From the NCBI RefSeq assembly GCF_028368995.1, contig NZ_JAQNDL010000001.1, forward strand, positions 3,040,001-3,104,000: 64,000 bases of DNA. The letters run 5' to 3'. A program made the translations under genes and the position numbers. The notes below the pieces were generated by a model, which saw only the letters and a program-made list of their open reading frames with translations, did no database searches and was not told the DNA's origin. This document shows, one piece after another, positions 1-9,611 of this stretch. Each line of letters opens with the position of its first letter. Position 1 is the stretch's first letter. The DNA comes from Nannocystis bainbridge. GTDB taxonomy: Bacteria > Myxococcota_A > Polyangia > Nannocystales > Nannocystaceae.

Positions 1-1377
1 GCCGCCGCCGAGCACCGCGGCGAGGATCGGCGCCAGCTCCTTCTTGAGCAGCTCGAAGTTGCGGCCGATCACCGCGCCGATCTTCTTGTCCTCGACGTAA
101 TAAATCGGCGCCGCGAACACGCCGAGCACGACGCCGGGGATGAAGCAGTGGACGGCGACGTCGGCGATCCGGGCGATCGATTGCTGGACGGCCGCCTGGA
201 TCGAGATCGGCTGGCCGAGGTAGTGGCTCAGCATGAAGCGCCCGAGCGACGGGATGAGGACCACCATCGCCGCCAGCTGCGCGAGCGCCAGCAAGGTCGC
301 AAGCAAGGCGGCGATGCTGGCCGGGAGGATCAGGAGCCCGAGCTGCGCGAGCAGGCCGATCGGGACGAGCACGGCGCCGACGGTCGCGACCGCGGGCACG
401 GCGACCGGATGGAACACCTTCCAGGTCTCGAGCAGGATGAACTTGACCTGCGCGACCAGGTCGCCGGGCGCCGGCTCGACGGCGGGGGCGGCAGCGTCAC
501 CGGTCGGCGGGGTGTCGAGCATGGCCGTGTCGGGCACGAGCACGGGCGGGCCCGGCGGGACGGCCATCGGCCCGGAGATCGAGCTCGGCACCGGCTGCGG
601 CGGCGGGGTGGCGATCGCGGACTGCGGGGTCGGGGCGCCGAACGCCCCCGGCTGCGGCGGACCGCCGAAGCCCGGCTGCGCGCCGAAGCCCGACGGCGGC
701 TGCGCGCCGAATCCCGGCTGCTGCGGCTGCCCGTAGCCCGGCTGCTGCGGCTGCCCGAACGCCCCCGGCGCGGGCCCCGGCGGCACCGGCGAGGGGAACG
801 GCGCCGGCGCCCCGCCCGGCATCGGCGGAGCCGCCGCGAAGCCGGCCGGAGCCCCCTGCGCGGGCCCCCCGGTCCCCGGCCGGAGCAGCGGCCCCTGATG
901 CTGCGCGGTCGGCGCAAACGCAAAACTCCCCGGCTGCTGCCCTCCGGCGGGTGACGGCGGGGCCGGCATCACGGGCCCCGGCGGACGCGCCGCTGCGGGC
1001 TTCATCGGCGCCGGGAAGCCCGGCACCATGCCCGGGGCCGCGATCACGGTGCGGCCCTTGCCGGCGCCGCTCGAGTTGAGGCCGTCGACGCTCTGGACGG
1101 TGATGAGCGAGTTGCCGACCCGCAGAGCGATGCCAGGAGTGAGTTCGAGGTTGGCGACCCGCTGGCCCTGGAGGAGGAAGCTGCCGTTGGTCGAGCCGAG
1201 GTCGGTAAACCGGAGCGTCGCTCCGTCCCAGAGGATCTCCGCGTGGCGGCCCGAGACCTGGGTGTCGTGGAGGACGATGTCACCAGCGTCTCGGCCGATG
1301 AGGACTTTGGGCTGGGAGATCGTCCGGGTCTCCGCTGGGCGGTCGACGTACTGGATGTGGAGCGTGTACGAGGCCAT
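1..1377 (-). CDS. FHA domain-containing, Pro/Gly-rich membrane protein (3' end beyond window)
   Basis: Not in ORF track. Read manually from ATG at 1377: MASYTLHIQYVDRP..IGRDAG..VSGRHAEI..DLGSTNGS (FHA signature), then a PQQPG/Pro-rich linker and hydrophobic helices; frame appears open to base 1. Confidence 0.85.
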   Translation of the reverse strand, partial: MASYTLHIQYVDRPAETRTISQPKVLIGRDAGDIVLHDTQVSGRHAEILWDGATLRFTDLGSTNGSFLLQGQRVANLELTPGIALRVGNSLITVQSVDGLNSSGAGKGRTVIAAPGMVPGFPAPMKPAAARPPGPVMPAPPSPAGGQQPGSFAFAPTAQHQGPLLRPGTGGPAQGAPAGFAAAPPMPGGAPAPFPSPVPPGPAPGAFGQPQQPGYGQPQQPGFGAQPPSGFGAQPGFGGPPQPGAFGAPTPQSAIATPPPQPVPSSISGPMAVPPGPPVLVPDTAMLDTPPTGDAAAPAVEPAPGDLVAQVKFILLETWKVFHPVAVPAVATVGAVLVPIGLLAQLGLLILPASIAALLATLLALAQLAAMVVLIPSLGRFMLSHYLGQPISIQAAVQQSIARIADVAVHCFIPGVVLGVFAAPIYYVEDKKIGAVIGRNFELLKKELAPILAAVLGGG

Positions 1378-1422
1378 CGAGGTCTCCGGGGGGTCGCGGT
1401 AGGCTTGCGCAGAGTGTCACAA

Positions 1423-3123
1423 ATGCCCGCCGTGCGGCGCAACCATCGCGCCGATGTCCTGCCAGTACAAGAGTCGCCACCTCCGTGGGGCCCCGCCGAG
1501 ATCCGCTCGCTGTGGGACCGCTTGCGGCGAGAGGACGCCGATGGGCGCGGGCGAGCCGAGCCCGCGTGGGACCTCGTGGTCGTGGGGGCTGGGATCGCCG
1601 GCGCGGGGGTCGCCCGCGACGCGGCCCTCCGCGGCCTGCGGGTCCTCGTCGTCGAGGCGCGGGACCTGGCCTTCGGGACCTCCTCGCGCTCGAGCCGACT
1701 GATCCACGGCGGCGTCCGCTACCTCGAGCAAGGCGAGCTCGGCCTGGTCTACGAGGCCCTCCGCGAGCGCCGCCTGCTCTACAAGATCGCCGGGCACATC
1801 GTCCAACCGGCGCGCTTCCTGTTCCCCGCCTACCGCGGCGACCGCTTGCCGCTGTGGAAGCTGCGCATCGGGCTGTCGCTCTACGACGCCCTCAGCCTCT
1901 ACCGCAGCCACGGCCACCGCGTGCTCCGCCCCGCCGCCGCCCGCGCGCTCGAGCCGCTGCTGCGCGAGGAAGGCCTCCGCGGCGCCGTCACCTACGAGGA
2001 CGCGGTCACCGACGACGCCCGCCTCACCCTCGCCACGCTGCAGGACGCCCGCCGCCACGGGGCGCAGGTCCTCACCTACGCGCCGGTGGTGGCGCTGCGC
2101 CGCGAAGGCGAAGTCCAGGTCGTCGAACTCGAGGGCGGCCTGCAGGTGCGCGCGCGGTCGGTGGTCGTCGCCGCCGGGCCATGGACCTCCGAGCGGTTGC
2201 TCGGGGTCGCCGGCGCCCACCTGCTGGCCCTGTCGCGCGGCATCCACCTGGTCCTGCGCGCCGAGGACGTCCCGATCCGCCAGCCCCTCGTGGTCCAGGC
2301 GCAGCAGGAGCGGCGGATCCTGTTCGTCGTGCCCTGGGGCGCGCGGACCTACCTCGGCACCACCGACACCGCCTACGACGGCGACCCGGCCGCGTCCGGC
2401 GTCACCGCCAGCGACACCGACGAGCTGTTCGCCCTGATCGGCAAGGTCTTGCCGGGCGCGGTGCTCGGCCGGGACCGCATCGTCAGCGCGTGGTCGGGCG
2501 TGCGGCCGCTGGTGCGCGACGAGCATGCCGATCCCGGCGACCCGACAGTCGAGATCTCCCGCTCGCACCGCATCCTCGAGACCGAAAGCGGCGTCATCGC
2601 CGTGGTCGGCGGCAAGCTCACCACCTATCGCTCGATGGCCGAGGAGACCGTCGACCGCGTGGTCCGCCGCTTGCGGCAACGTGGCCAGCTCCCGGCCGGC
2701 ATCGGCCGCTGCCAGACCCATCGCTACCCGCTGGTCGCCGGCTTGCCGCTCTCGGCCGAGGAGCTGCGAGAGCCTCACCTCGCCGATCTCGCCGGGCGGC
2801 ACGGGCCGTTCGCCCGCCGGCTCGTCGACCAGATCCACGGCGACCCGCAGCTCGGCGCCCGCATGATCGACGACCTGCCGTACTGCTGGGCCGAGGTCGA
2901 GCACGCCATCCACCACGAGGGCGCCGTGCACCTCGAGGATGTCCTGCGCCGACGGATCCCCCTCGCCCTGACCGACGCCGGCCTCGGCGCCCGCGTCGCC
3001 CGCGAGGTCGCCACCCGCCTCGTCACCGCCTGGGGCGGCAGCGCCGCCGACATCGAGGCCGAGCTGCAGCGCTACCGCGAGGCGATGCACGTCGAGACCG
3101 GGCGGATCCTCGCGCCCTGCTGA
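1423..3123 (+). CDS. glpD: FAD-dependent glycerol-3-phosphate dehydrogenase
   Basis: VVGAGIAG, GTSSRSSRLIHGGVRYLE, WSGVRPL and GGKLTTYR motifs; start uncertain. Confidence 0.9.
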   Translation: MPAVRRNHRADVLPVQESPPPWGPAEIRSLWDRLRREDADGRGRAEPAWDLVVVGAGIAGAGVARDAALRGLRVLVVEARDLAFGTSSRSSRLIHGGVRYLEQGELGLVYEALRERRLLYKIAGHIVQPARFLFPAYRGDRLPLWKLRIGLSLYDALSLYRSHGHRVLRPAAARALEPLLREEGLRGAVTYEDAVTDDARLTLATLQDARRHGAQVLTYAPVVALRREGEVQVVELEGGLQVRARSVVVAAGPWTSERLLGVAGAHLLALSRGIHLVLRAEDVPIRQPLVVQAQQERRILFVVPWGARTYLGTTDTAYDGDPAASGVTASDTDELFALIGKVLPGAVLGRDRIVSAWSGVRPLVRDEHADPGDPTVEISRSHRILETESGVIAVVGGKLTTYRSMAEETVDRVVRRLRQRGQLPAGIGRCQTHRYPLVAGLPLSAEELREPHLADLAGRHGPFARRLVDQIHGDPQLGARMIDDLPYCWAEVEHAIHHEGAVHLEDVLRRRIPLALTDAGLGARVAREVATRLVTAWGGSAADIEAELQRYREAMHVETGRILAPC

Positions 3124-3138
3124 GGTTTACTCCCCTCG

Positions 3139-3218
3139 GGACATGTTCATCAACACATGCCCCGATGAACATGTTCTCTCAAACATGTTCGTGCGGACAT
3201 GTCTCCGAGGGCATGTCC
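3139..3218. repeat. 14-bp-phased CATG palindrome array (6 units)
   Basis: CATG at 3142, 3156, 3170, 3184, 3198 and 3212, between convergent genes. Confidence 0.9.
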
Positions 3219-3266
3219 CTCGACCTGGCCCAGCCCGCGACCTGTCCCGAAAGCCAACCGGCGAGT

Positions 3267-3512
3267 TCAGCCGCCGACCAGCCCGGCGAGGCCGGTCACT
3301 GCCCAGGCGATCCACCCGTCGGGGTAGTGGGCTCCGAGCAGCACGCCGCCGCCGAAGATCCCGCCGAACACCAGGCTGGGCACGCCGACCCAGCCGATGA
3401 GCCAGGCCACCCGGGACGGCGGCGCCTCTTCTTCCTCGCGCTTGGCCGGCTGGTTGCCCGGGGGCTCCTGCCGCTTGGGGCTGTTGCTTGCGACGCGGGC
3501 GGGGGCGGCCAT
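3267..3512 (-). CDS. small membrane protein
   Basis: 81 aa with hydrophobic C-terminal half; starts 1 nt after the upstream gene's stop. Confidence 0.65.
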   Translation of the reverse strand: MAAPARVASNSPKRQEPPGNQPAKREEEEAPPSRVAWLIGWVGVPSLVFGGIFGGGVLLGAHYPDGWIAWAVTGLAGLVGG

Positions 3513-3513
3513 C

Positions 3514-4479
3514 TCAGTGCTCTCCTTCGGGGGCGGCCTCGTCGGCCGGCGGCGCGGGCGAGTCCTCGGCTTCGGGGGTGAACGGCAGGTGCTTGCGCTC
3601 GAGCAAGATCCGCCGCTCCTCGACCGAGAACGCGATCGTCTCGGAGTCGGCGGCGATCGGGTCGCTGCCCATCGCCTGGGTGACCGCGCGCAGCAGGCCG
3701 CGCAGGTGCGGCGCCGGCGAGGTCGGGTCGGAGCTGAACGCGATCGCGGTCGAGGCCTGGTTCTTGGCGGTGGTGGGCCCGGCCTGCACCGGCGTGCGGA
3801 TCATGCGGCCGCCGAGGCCGAGCACCAGGTCGGCGCCGTCGCTGCCGACCGCCTCGAGGTCGGCGAACGCCGCCTGTCCCGAAGACCAGGTCATCGGCCG
3901 GGCGATCACCCCGCGCAGCTCGAGCTCGACGCCGATCTGGCGCAGCAGCACCTGCGAGGCCCAGCGGACGTGGCGTTCGACGTAGTCGATCCAGTCGCTG
4001 CGGCGGTCGAACACCTCGTCGTCGACCACCACCTTGATGCGGATCTTGAGCGGCTCGCCGAGGCGGGCCTGCAGCTCGGGCGGCAGCGGGGCCGGGTCGG
4101 CGACCGCGACGGGGATCGAGTCGAGCCCACGCGGCGCCTCGACCGGCTTGGCGGGCTCCGGCGTGGGAGTGGGCTTGGCGGGCTCCGGCGTGGTCTCCGG
4201 CTTGCTCGGCTCCGGCTTGGCCGGCTCCGGCGTGGCCTCGGGCTTCGGCGTCGGCGCGACCTCGGGCTTCGGCTCCGGCTTGTCCGGCGGCGCCGGTCTG
4301 CTCGGCTCGCCGGGGACCACCACGTCGAGCCCGAGCCAGTCGCGCTCGAACGAGAGGATCGCCGTCCGGTGCCCGTGCCCCACATAGACGCCGGCGCCGA
4401 ACAGCCCGACCACGAAGGCGACGGGCAAGCCGATGAGGACCGCCAGCTTGCCGAGACTCTTCAGACGCGCCGCACTCAT
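3514..4479 (-). CDS. membrane-anchored Pro-rich protein with degenerate metalloprotease-like domain
   Basis: N-terminal TM, PEPAKP repeats, then a globular domain reminiscent of reprolysin/M12-like folds but without HExxH. Confidence 0.65.
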   Translation of the reverse strand: MSAARLKSLGKLAVLIGLPVAFVVGLFGAGVYVGHGHRTAILSFERDWLGLDVVVPGEPSRPAPPDKPEPKPEVAPTPKPEATPEPAKPEPSKPETTPEPAKPTPTPEPAKPVEAPRGLDSIPVAVADPAPLPPELQARLGEPLKIRIKVVVDDEVFDRRSDWIDYVERHVRWASQVLLRQIGVELELRGVIARPMTWSSGQAAFADLEAVGSDGADLVLGLGGRMIRTPVQAGPTTAKNQASTAIAFSSDPTSPAPHLRGLLRAVTQAMGSDPIAADSETIAFSVEERRILLERKHLPFTPEAEDSPAPPADEAAPEGEH

Positions 4480-4588
4480 ACCTGTGAAGCCAGTATACTG
4501 CGCCTTTCAAAAGGACCAGTCCGGGCTGCGAGATCGGCGTGAATTCGCCGATTTTGCGCGCTTCGGCCGGCCCCCTGGGCGCACTCGC

Positions 4589-5605
4589 TCAGAGCCCGTC
4601 GAGCGCGCTCTCCTCGATCTCGCACGACTTCGGGTCACCGAAGCCGTAGCCGGGCGCTTCGAGCGCATAGGGCTCGTTCAGCGCGCGCCACGTGAGGAAG
4701 CCGTCGGCGCCCTGGCACTCGTCGAGGAACAGGTCGCCGTGCTTCATGTCGCCGACGCCATCGACCTCGAGGATGCTGCCGCGCGCCCGCCCGTTGCCTG
4801 CAGCGTCCCAGGCCGCCTGCACGCTCGCCTTCTCGCGCTCCGGCCCGCTCCAGCCGTAGTCGTCCCACTCGCCGTACAGCGTCAAGTCGAAGCTCCCGCC
4901 GCCCTCGGCGTCGCGCGTGTAGCTGTACTTGTCGTCGCTGTAGAACACGTCATCGTCGAGCCAGCCGAGGTACTCGAAGCTGGCCGCCTGGAAGTCGAGG
5001 TCGATGCGCTTCTGCTCGGTCTCGACGTCGCGCTCGAAGGTGACGGCGACGAAACCTCCGACCACGCTCATGTCGGCGTCGGGCCCCTTCATCTCGGGGT
5101 GCTTCTCGACCACGTCGAAGTCCAGCTCGAACCCGCCGCTGCGCTTGCTGCCGTCCTTGTGCAGGTCGCCCTTCATCAGCAGCGCCATCGCGCCCTGGTC
5201 CGCGGCCCCGCGGCCGCCGACGTAGATCTGGTAGTTCGCGCCGTCCTCGATCGACTCGACGCGGACCAGCCACGCCAGGTCGCGGCCGTCGTTGTCGTCG
5301 TACGGCCCGTAGATGCGGGTGTTGCCCTCGCGCGCGCTCGGCTGCACGTCGTCGAGGTAGGCGATCACGCGCGCGCAGTGCTCGACCAGCATCGTCACCC
5401 AGCGGTTGACGTGCCCGGCCGTGGACTCGACGCCGAGGTGCAGCAGCCCGCGGACCTGCCCGCCCTCGCGCGCCGCGATCGACTCCGGCAGATCGATCCG
5501 GACATCGTCGGCCTCGACGAAGGCCGTCTCCTCGTCGGCGTTGGCGAAGAAACAGCCGGTGGCCAGGGTCGCGGACAGGGCGAACAGCGGGGCGAAGCGC
5601 GTCAT
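4589..5605 (-). CDS. hypothetical lipoprotein
   Basis: MTRFAPLFALSATLATGC lipobox; acidic, beta-rich body. Confidence 0.75.
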   Translation of the reverse strand: MTRFAPLFALSATLATGCFFANADEETAFVEADDVRIDLPESIAAREGGQVRGLLHLGVESTAGHVNRWVTMLVEHCARVIAYLDDVQPSAREGNTRIYGPYDDNDGRDLAWLVRVESIEDGANYQIYVGGRGAADQGAMALLMKGDLHKDGSKRSGGFELDFDVVEKHPEMKGPDADMSVVGGFVAVTFERDVETEQKRIDLDFQAASFEYLGWLDDDVFYSDDKYSYTRDAEGGGSFDLTLYGEWDDYGWSGPEREKASVQAAWDAAGNGRARGSILEVDGVGDMKHGDLFLDECQGADGFLTWRALNEPYALEAPGYGFGDPKSCEIEESALDGL

Positions 5606-5735
5606 GCCGGCCCCTCTAGCGCGCGCCATTCCAGCCGCGCCCGGCCGGTTTCGCCAGCGATCCCGGGCTTTTGCTCCGCCGTTCGGATTCGCGCGCCGGG
5701 GGCTGTGGCGAAATGCCACGCCGCGCCGCGCCACG

Positions 5736-7112
5736 TCATCGGCCGGTGAGGACCGCCGCCGGGTCCATGCGCGCGGCCCTGCGGGCGGGCAGCCACGCGC
5801 CGAGGACACAGAACCCCGCGGCGAAGCCGAGCGCCAGGGCCACGAGGTCGAAGCTGAACGCGAAGTACGTCTCGGGCTTGTACGGGAAGTCCGGCAGGTG
5901 CCGGGCCGACACGTAGTCGAACACGCGGCTGGCCCCGTACGCCAGGCCGACGCCGATCGCCCCCGCGACCAGGCCGACGCTGGCCGCCTCGCCGAGGATG
6001 ATGCGCTGGATGTCGGAGCGCCGGGCCCCGACCGCCCGCATGATCCCGATCTCCCGCTGGCGCTCGTACACCAGCATGAAGAACACGTGCATGATGTTGA
6101 CCGCCGCGATGCCGACGATGATCGTCGACAGCAGGCTGAACACCAGCACGAACACGCTGATGAGGAACCCGGCCTGCTCGGCGCCGCCGTCGGTGACCTC
6201 GAAGCCGAGCTCCTCGATCTTCTTGGCCACCGCCGCGACCTGGTCCTTGCCCTCGATCTTGACGATGATCGAGTGGTAACGGGTCGCCGCCTCGGGCGTG
6301 CCGAAGTGGACGTTGTAGCGGGCCACCTGCGACAGCGGCATCGTCACGCCCAGCGGCACCGCCTTGTCGGAGAAGCCGACCAGCTTGAGCCGGTCGTACA
6401 GCAGTTGGTCCTTCTCGGCCGCCTGCACCATCGACGCCCCGACCCGCATCTCGAGCGACACGCCGACCAGGAAGTCCGGGTTGAGCCGCGGCAGGTTGTA
6501 GGCCCGGCGCAGCGAGCCGTTGTAGATCTCGAGCATGTGCGGCGACGCCAGCACCGGCACGTAGTCGCGGCACACCTTGCCCGGCCCGCCCTGGTACGGC
6601 TTGCCGCAGTACATGTCCTTGCCGCACGCCGAGTCGTCGGCGCAGGCCGTCGGCGTCTTGCTCGGCTCGGGCACGTCGCGGAACAGCTCGGCGCCCGCGA
6701 CCTCGCCCTCCACCAGCGCCGGGTCGATGCCGTCGACGATCAGCTCGGTGCGGATGTCGTTGCCGATGATCTCCTTGCCGCCGAGCCCGATCGCCGGGGC
6801 CGTCAGCTTCATCTTCGGGAACACCCCGCGCACCCCCGCGACCCCGCGCAGCTGCTGCGCCGCCGACTCGTCGAGCACGTCGCTGGCGAGCCCGAGGCTG
6901 ACGGGGCCGACGTCGAGCGTCATCGACTTGGCGATCACCTCGAGCTGGTCGAGCGGGAAGATCTTGCCGAGCACGACCTGGCGCACGCCGGCGCCGAGGG
7001 CCAGGAAGAACGCGAACGCGGCGATGCCGACGATCACGCCGACCGACGCCAGCGCGAAGTGGATCGCGTTGTTGCGCAGGTTGCCGCGGACGATCGCGCC
7101 GAGGCTGCTCAT
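5736..7112 (-). CDS. ABC transporter permease (MacB/FtsX family)
   Basis: ERQREIGIMRAVGA motif, C-terminal PARRAARMDP; 4-nt overlap with the ATPase gene. Confidence 0.9.
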   Translation of the reverse strand: MSSLGAIVRGNLRNNAIHFALASVGVIVGIAAFAFFLALGAGVRQVVLGKIFPLDQLEVIAKSMTLDVGPVSLGLASDVLDESAAQQLRGVAGVRGVFPKMKLTAPAIGLGGKEIIGNDIRTELIVDGIDPALVEGEVAGAELFRDVPEPSKTPTACADDSACGKDMYCGKPYQGGPGKVCRDYVPVLASPHMLEIYNGSLRRAYNLPRLNPDFLVGVSLEMRVGASMVQAAEKDQLLYDRLKLVGFSDKAVPLGVTMPLSQVARYNVHFGTPEAATRYHSIIVKIEGKDQVAAVAKKIEELGFEVTDGGAEQAGFLISVFVLVFSLLSTIIVGIAAVNIMHVFFMLVYERQREIGIMRAVGARRSDIQRIILGEAASVGLVAGAIGVGLAYGASRVFDYVSARHLPDFPYKPETYFAFSFDLVALALGFAAGFCVLGAWLPARRAARMDPAAVLTGR

Positions 7113-7852
7113 GGCCGCACCTCCTCGTCGCCGCTCGGGGCCGCCGAGGCCGCGCTGGTGTTCACTCCGCCGAGCTCGACCACGCCGTCGCGGATCTCGA
7201 TCACCCGGTCGGCCGCCGCCGCGATCGTCGGGTCGTGGGTCACGATCGTCAGCGTCACCCCGGACTCGTCGCGCAGCTTGCGAAACAGCGCGATGATGGC
7301 CGACGCCGACGCGCTGTCGAGGTTGCCGGTCGGCTCGTCGCAGATGAGCAGCTGCGGCTTGTGATAGAGCGCCCGCGCGATCGCCAGCCGCTGCTTCTGC
7401 CCGCCCGACAGCGTGCTCGGCCGCGTCCCGCACTTGTCGCTGATGCCGACCATCTCCATCAGCTCGCGCGCCCGCCCGAGCCGCACGTCCTTGCTCTCCT
7501 TGCCCTGGACGCTGAACAGCGCCGGCAAGGCGACGTTGTCCTCGCAGCTCAGGTGGTCGAGCAGGTGGAACGCCTGGAACACGAAGCCGATGGTGGCGTT
7601 GCGGTAGGCGCTGAGCTCGGCGTCGGACAGCGCGCGCAGCTCCTTGCCCGCGACCTTGAGCTCGCCCGAGTAGTCGGTGTCGAGCCCGCCGAGCAGCGCC
7701 AGCAGCGTGCTCTTGCCGCTGCCCGAGCGCCCGACCACCGCCGTGAATTCGCCGGCGCCCACGTCGAAGTCGACGCCGCGGAGCACCGGCAGCTCGCCCG
7801 CCCTTGCGCCGGCGAGGCGGTAGCTCTTGTGGATCCCGCGGGCGCGGATCAT
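7109..7852 (-). CDS. ABC transporter ATP-binding protein (LolD/MacB-like)
   Basis: GRSGSGKST, LSGGQKQR, DEPTGNLD, VTHD. Confidence 0.95.
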   Translation of the reverse strand: MIRARGIHKSYRLAGARAGELPVLRGVDFDVGAGEFTAVVGRSGSGKSTLLALLGGLDTDYSGELKVAGKELRALSDAELSAYRNATIGFVFQAFHLLDHLSCEDNVALPALFSVQGKESKDVRLGRARELMEMVGISDKCGTRPSTLSGGQKQRLAIARALYHKPQLLICDEPTGNLDSASASAIIALFRKLRDESGVTLTIVTHDPTIAAAADRVIEIRDGVVELGGVNTSAASAAPSGDEEVRP

Positions 7853-7886
7853 CGCCGTGGACGCTACTCGCTGCGGGCGATCGCGG

Positions 7887-8696
7887 TCAACCCCCGCTCG
7901 GCTCGCGGACCTTCGGGCCCGTCTGGCCGTACGCGACGATCGAGAAGACGGCCCCGTGTGGGTCGCTGACGACCGCGAAGCGGCCGACCGGCGGGATGTC
8001 GCACGGCGCGACCGCAATCGCGCCGCCGAGCCGCGCCGCGAGGGCCGCGCTCTCGTCGCAGTCCTCGACCCGGAAGTACGTCATCCAGTGCGACGCCATC
8101 GAGCCCCAGGCCTCGGTCATCTGCAGCATGCCGCCGACCTTGCGCTCGCCGACGAAGAAGTCGGTGTAGCGGGTCGACTCGACCTCCCGCTCGGCCCGCC
8201 GCCAGCCGATCACGTCGCTGTAGAAGACCCCGGCCTCGTCCGCGTCGCGCGTGTTGAGCTCCCACCAACACATCGTCGCCGGCTCGTCGATGAGCCCGGC
8301 GCCCGCGTGGTGGACCGCCTGCCACAACGCCAGCTGCGCCCCGCTCGGATCCTCGACCACCGCCACGCGGCCCGCGTCGTACTCCTCGCGCGGCGCCACG
8401 ATCACCCGCCCGCCGCGCGGCTCGACCCGCGCCACCGCGCGGTCGATCGACTCGACGTTGACGTACGGCAGCCACAGCGGCGTGTCGCCGCGCTCGATCT
8501 TGTCGGCGCGCATGCGATGGATCGCCACCACGTCGCGCTGTTGCTTGCGCAAGATCGTGTAGGCCTTGCCGTGGTGGATCCCGAGATCGAAGAGGCCCCC
8601 ATAGAACCGCGTCGTCACCGCCGGATCCGGACTGCCGAGCTCGGCCCAGCAGAAACTCCCGTGCTTGTAGCGATCGACGACCGGCACCCCCGGCAA
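7887..8696 (-). CDS. VOC/glyoxalase family protein (two domains)
   Basis: Duplicated WxEL..D / GRxAVxxDPxGA motifs. Confidence 0.85.
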   Translation of the reverse strand: MPGVPVVDRYKHGSFCWAELGSPDPAVTTRFYGGLFDLGIHHGKAYTILRKQQRDVVAIHRMRADKIERGDTPLWLPYVNVESIDRAVARVEPRGGRVIVAPREEYDAGRVAVVEDPSGAQLALWQAVHHAGAGLIDEPATMCWWELNTRDADEAGVFYSDVIGWRRAEREVESTRYTDFFVGERKVGGMLQMTEAWGSMASHWMTYFRVEDCDESAALAARLGGAIAVAPCDIPPVGRFAVVSDPHGAVFSIVAYGQTGPKVREPSGG

Positions 8697-8741
8697 CCTA
8701 CCAAACCGGCTCGGATCCGCCCAAATATTTCAAGCGCGACG

Positions 8742-9605
8742 TCAGCGCGCCGCGATGAGTCCGAACACGAGCCGCTGCCGGGGACAACCGGACCCCGAGA
8801 CATTCGTCCGCGCCGCCTCGACGTAGGCCACAAACGCCCCTTCGTCGCCGGCCGCCGAAGATGTCCCATCGTACAGGCGGAGCGGCGCGCCGCCCGAGAG
8901 CTGCAGGTCCAGCGCGCCGCGCCGCAGCTCGCCGCAAGCTGTCTCTTCGACCATGCAGGCGCTGGCCGCCTCGCGCCACGCGAACGGCGCGGCCCACCCG
9001 CCGCCCTCCGGCGGATCGACGCGCGCGCCGACGGCCGCCGCCAGCAGCAGCGCCCCGCCCGCGTCCTCGACGCGTAACCACACGTCCGGGTCGCTCGCCA
9101 CCTCGCCCGGCGCGACGATCGCCCGCACCCGCAATTCCTGGCCCGCCGCGAAACCATCGCCGGCCGGCGCCGGGTCGGCCTCGACGTAAAGCCGCATCGC
9201 CTCCCCGTCGCACGCGAGATCGAGGACGCGAGACCCCGCGTCACCGCGCATCGCCGTGACCGTGCACCTCAGCTCGGCGCCGTCGTCGCGCGGCATCGGC
9301 TCGAGCGCCGCGCGCAAAAACGCCGCCTCCGAGGACACACAAGGTGAGAGCTCGGGCCCCGCCTCGTCGAGCGGCAAGATGTCGTCGCTGGGCGCCGCCA
9401 CCTCGCAGGCCGCCAGGACCCGCAGCAGCAGCAGCGCCGCCGCGCAACGCCGTCCTCGCCCTCCGGCCGTCACACGAACTATTTTGCCGGCCTCCGGTGG
9501 GCCTGTCCAGAAGGACATGCGAGGCTCGGGCCGATCCCGGCCTCCCATGCGCGGACCCTGTCCAACCGCCTGGATCTTGTCGACCCGCTGGACCCGCGGC
9601 AACAT
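8742..9605 (-). CDS. hypothetical lipoprotein (true start probably near 9480-9430)
   Basis: LLLRVLAAC lipobox-like segment and several Cys; start uncertain. Confidence 0.55.
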   Translation of the reverse strand: MLPRVQRVDKIQAVGQGPRMGGRDRPEPRMSFWTGPPEAGKIVRVTAGGRGRRCAAALLLLRVLAACEVAAPSDDILPLDEAGPELSPCVSSEAAFLRAALEPMPRDDGAELRCTVTAMRGDAGSRVLDLACDGEAMRLYVEADPAPAGDGFAAGQELRVRAIVAPGEVASDPDVWLRVEDAGGALLLAAAVGARVDPPEGGGWAAPFAWREAASACMVEETACGELRRGALDLQLSGGAPLRLYDGTSSAAGDEGAFVAYVEAARTNVSGSGCPRQRLVFGLIAAR

Positions 9606-9611
9606 CGGACC

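Noticed and set aside
148-1442. ORF-track calls in the first 1.4 kb
   Set aside because: Arg/Gly/Pro-rich shadows; the real gene is the minus-strand FHA protein running off the window edge.
3139-3218. CATG ladders as CRISPR or a simple tandem repeat
   Set aside because: A 14-bp period is too short for repeat plus spacer, and units differ internally; reported as a separate element.
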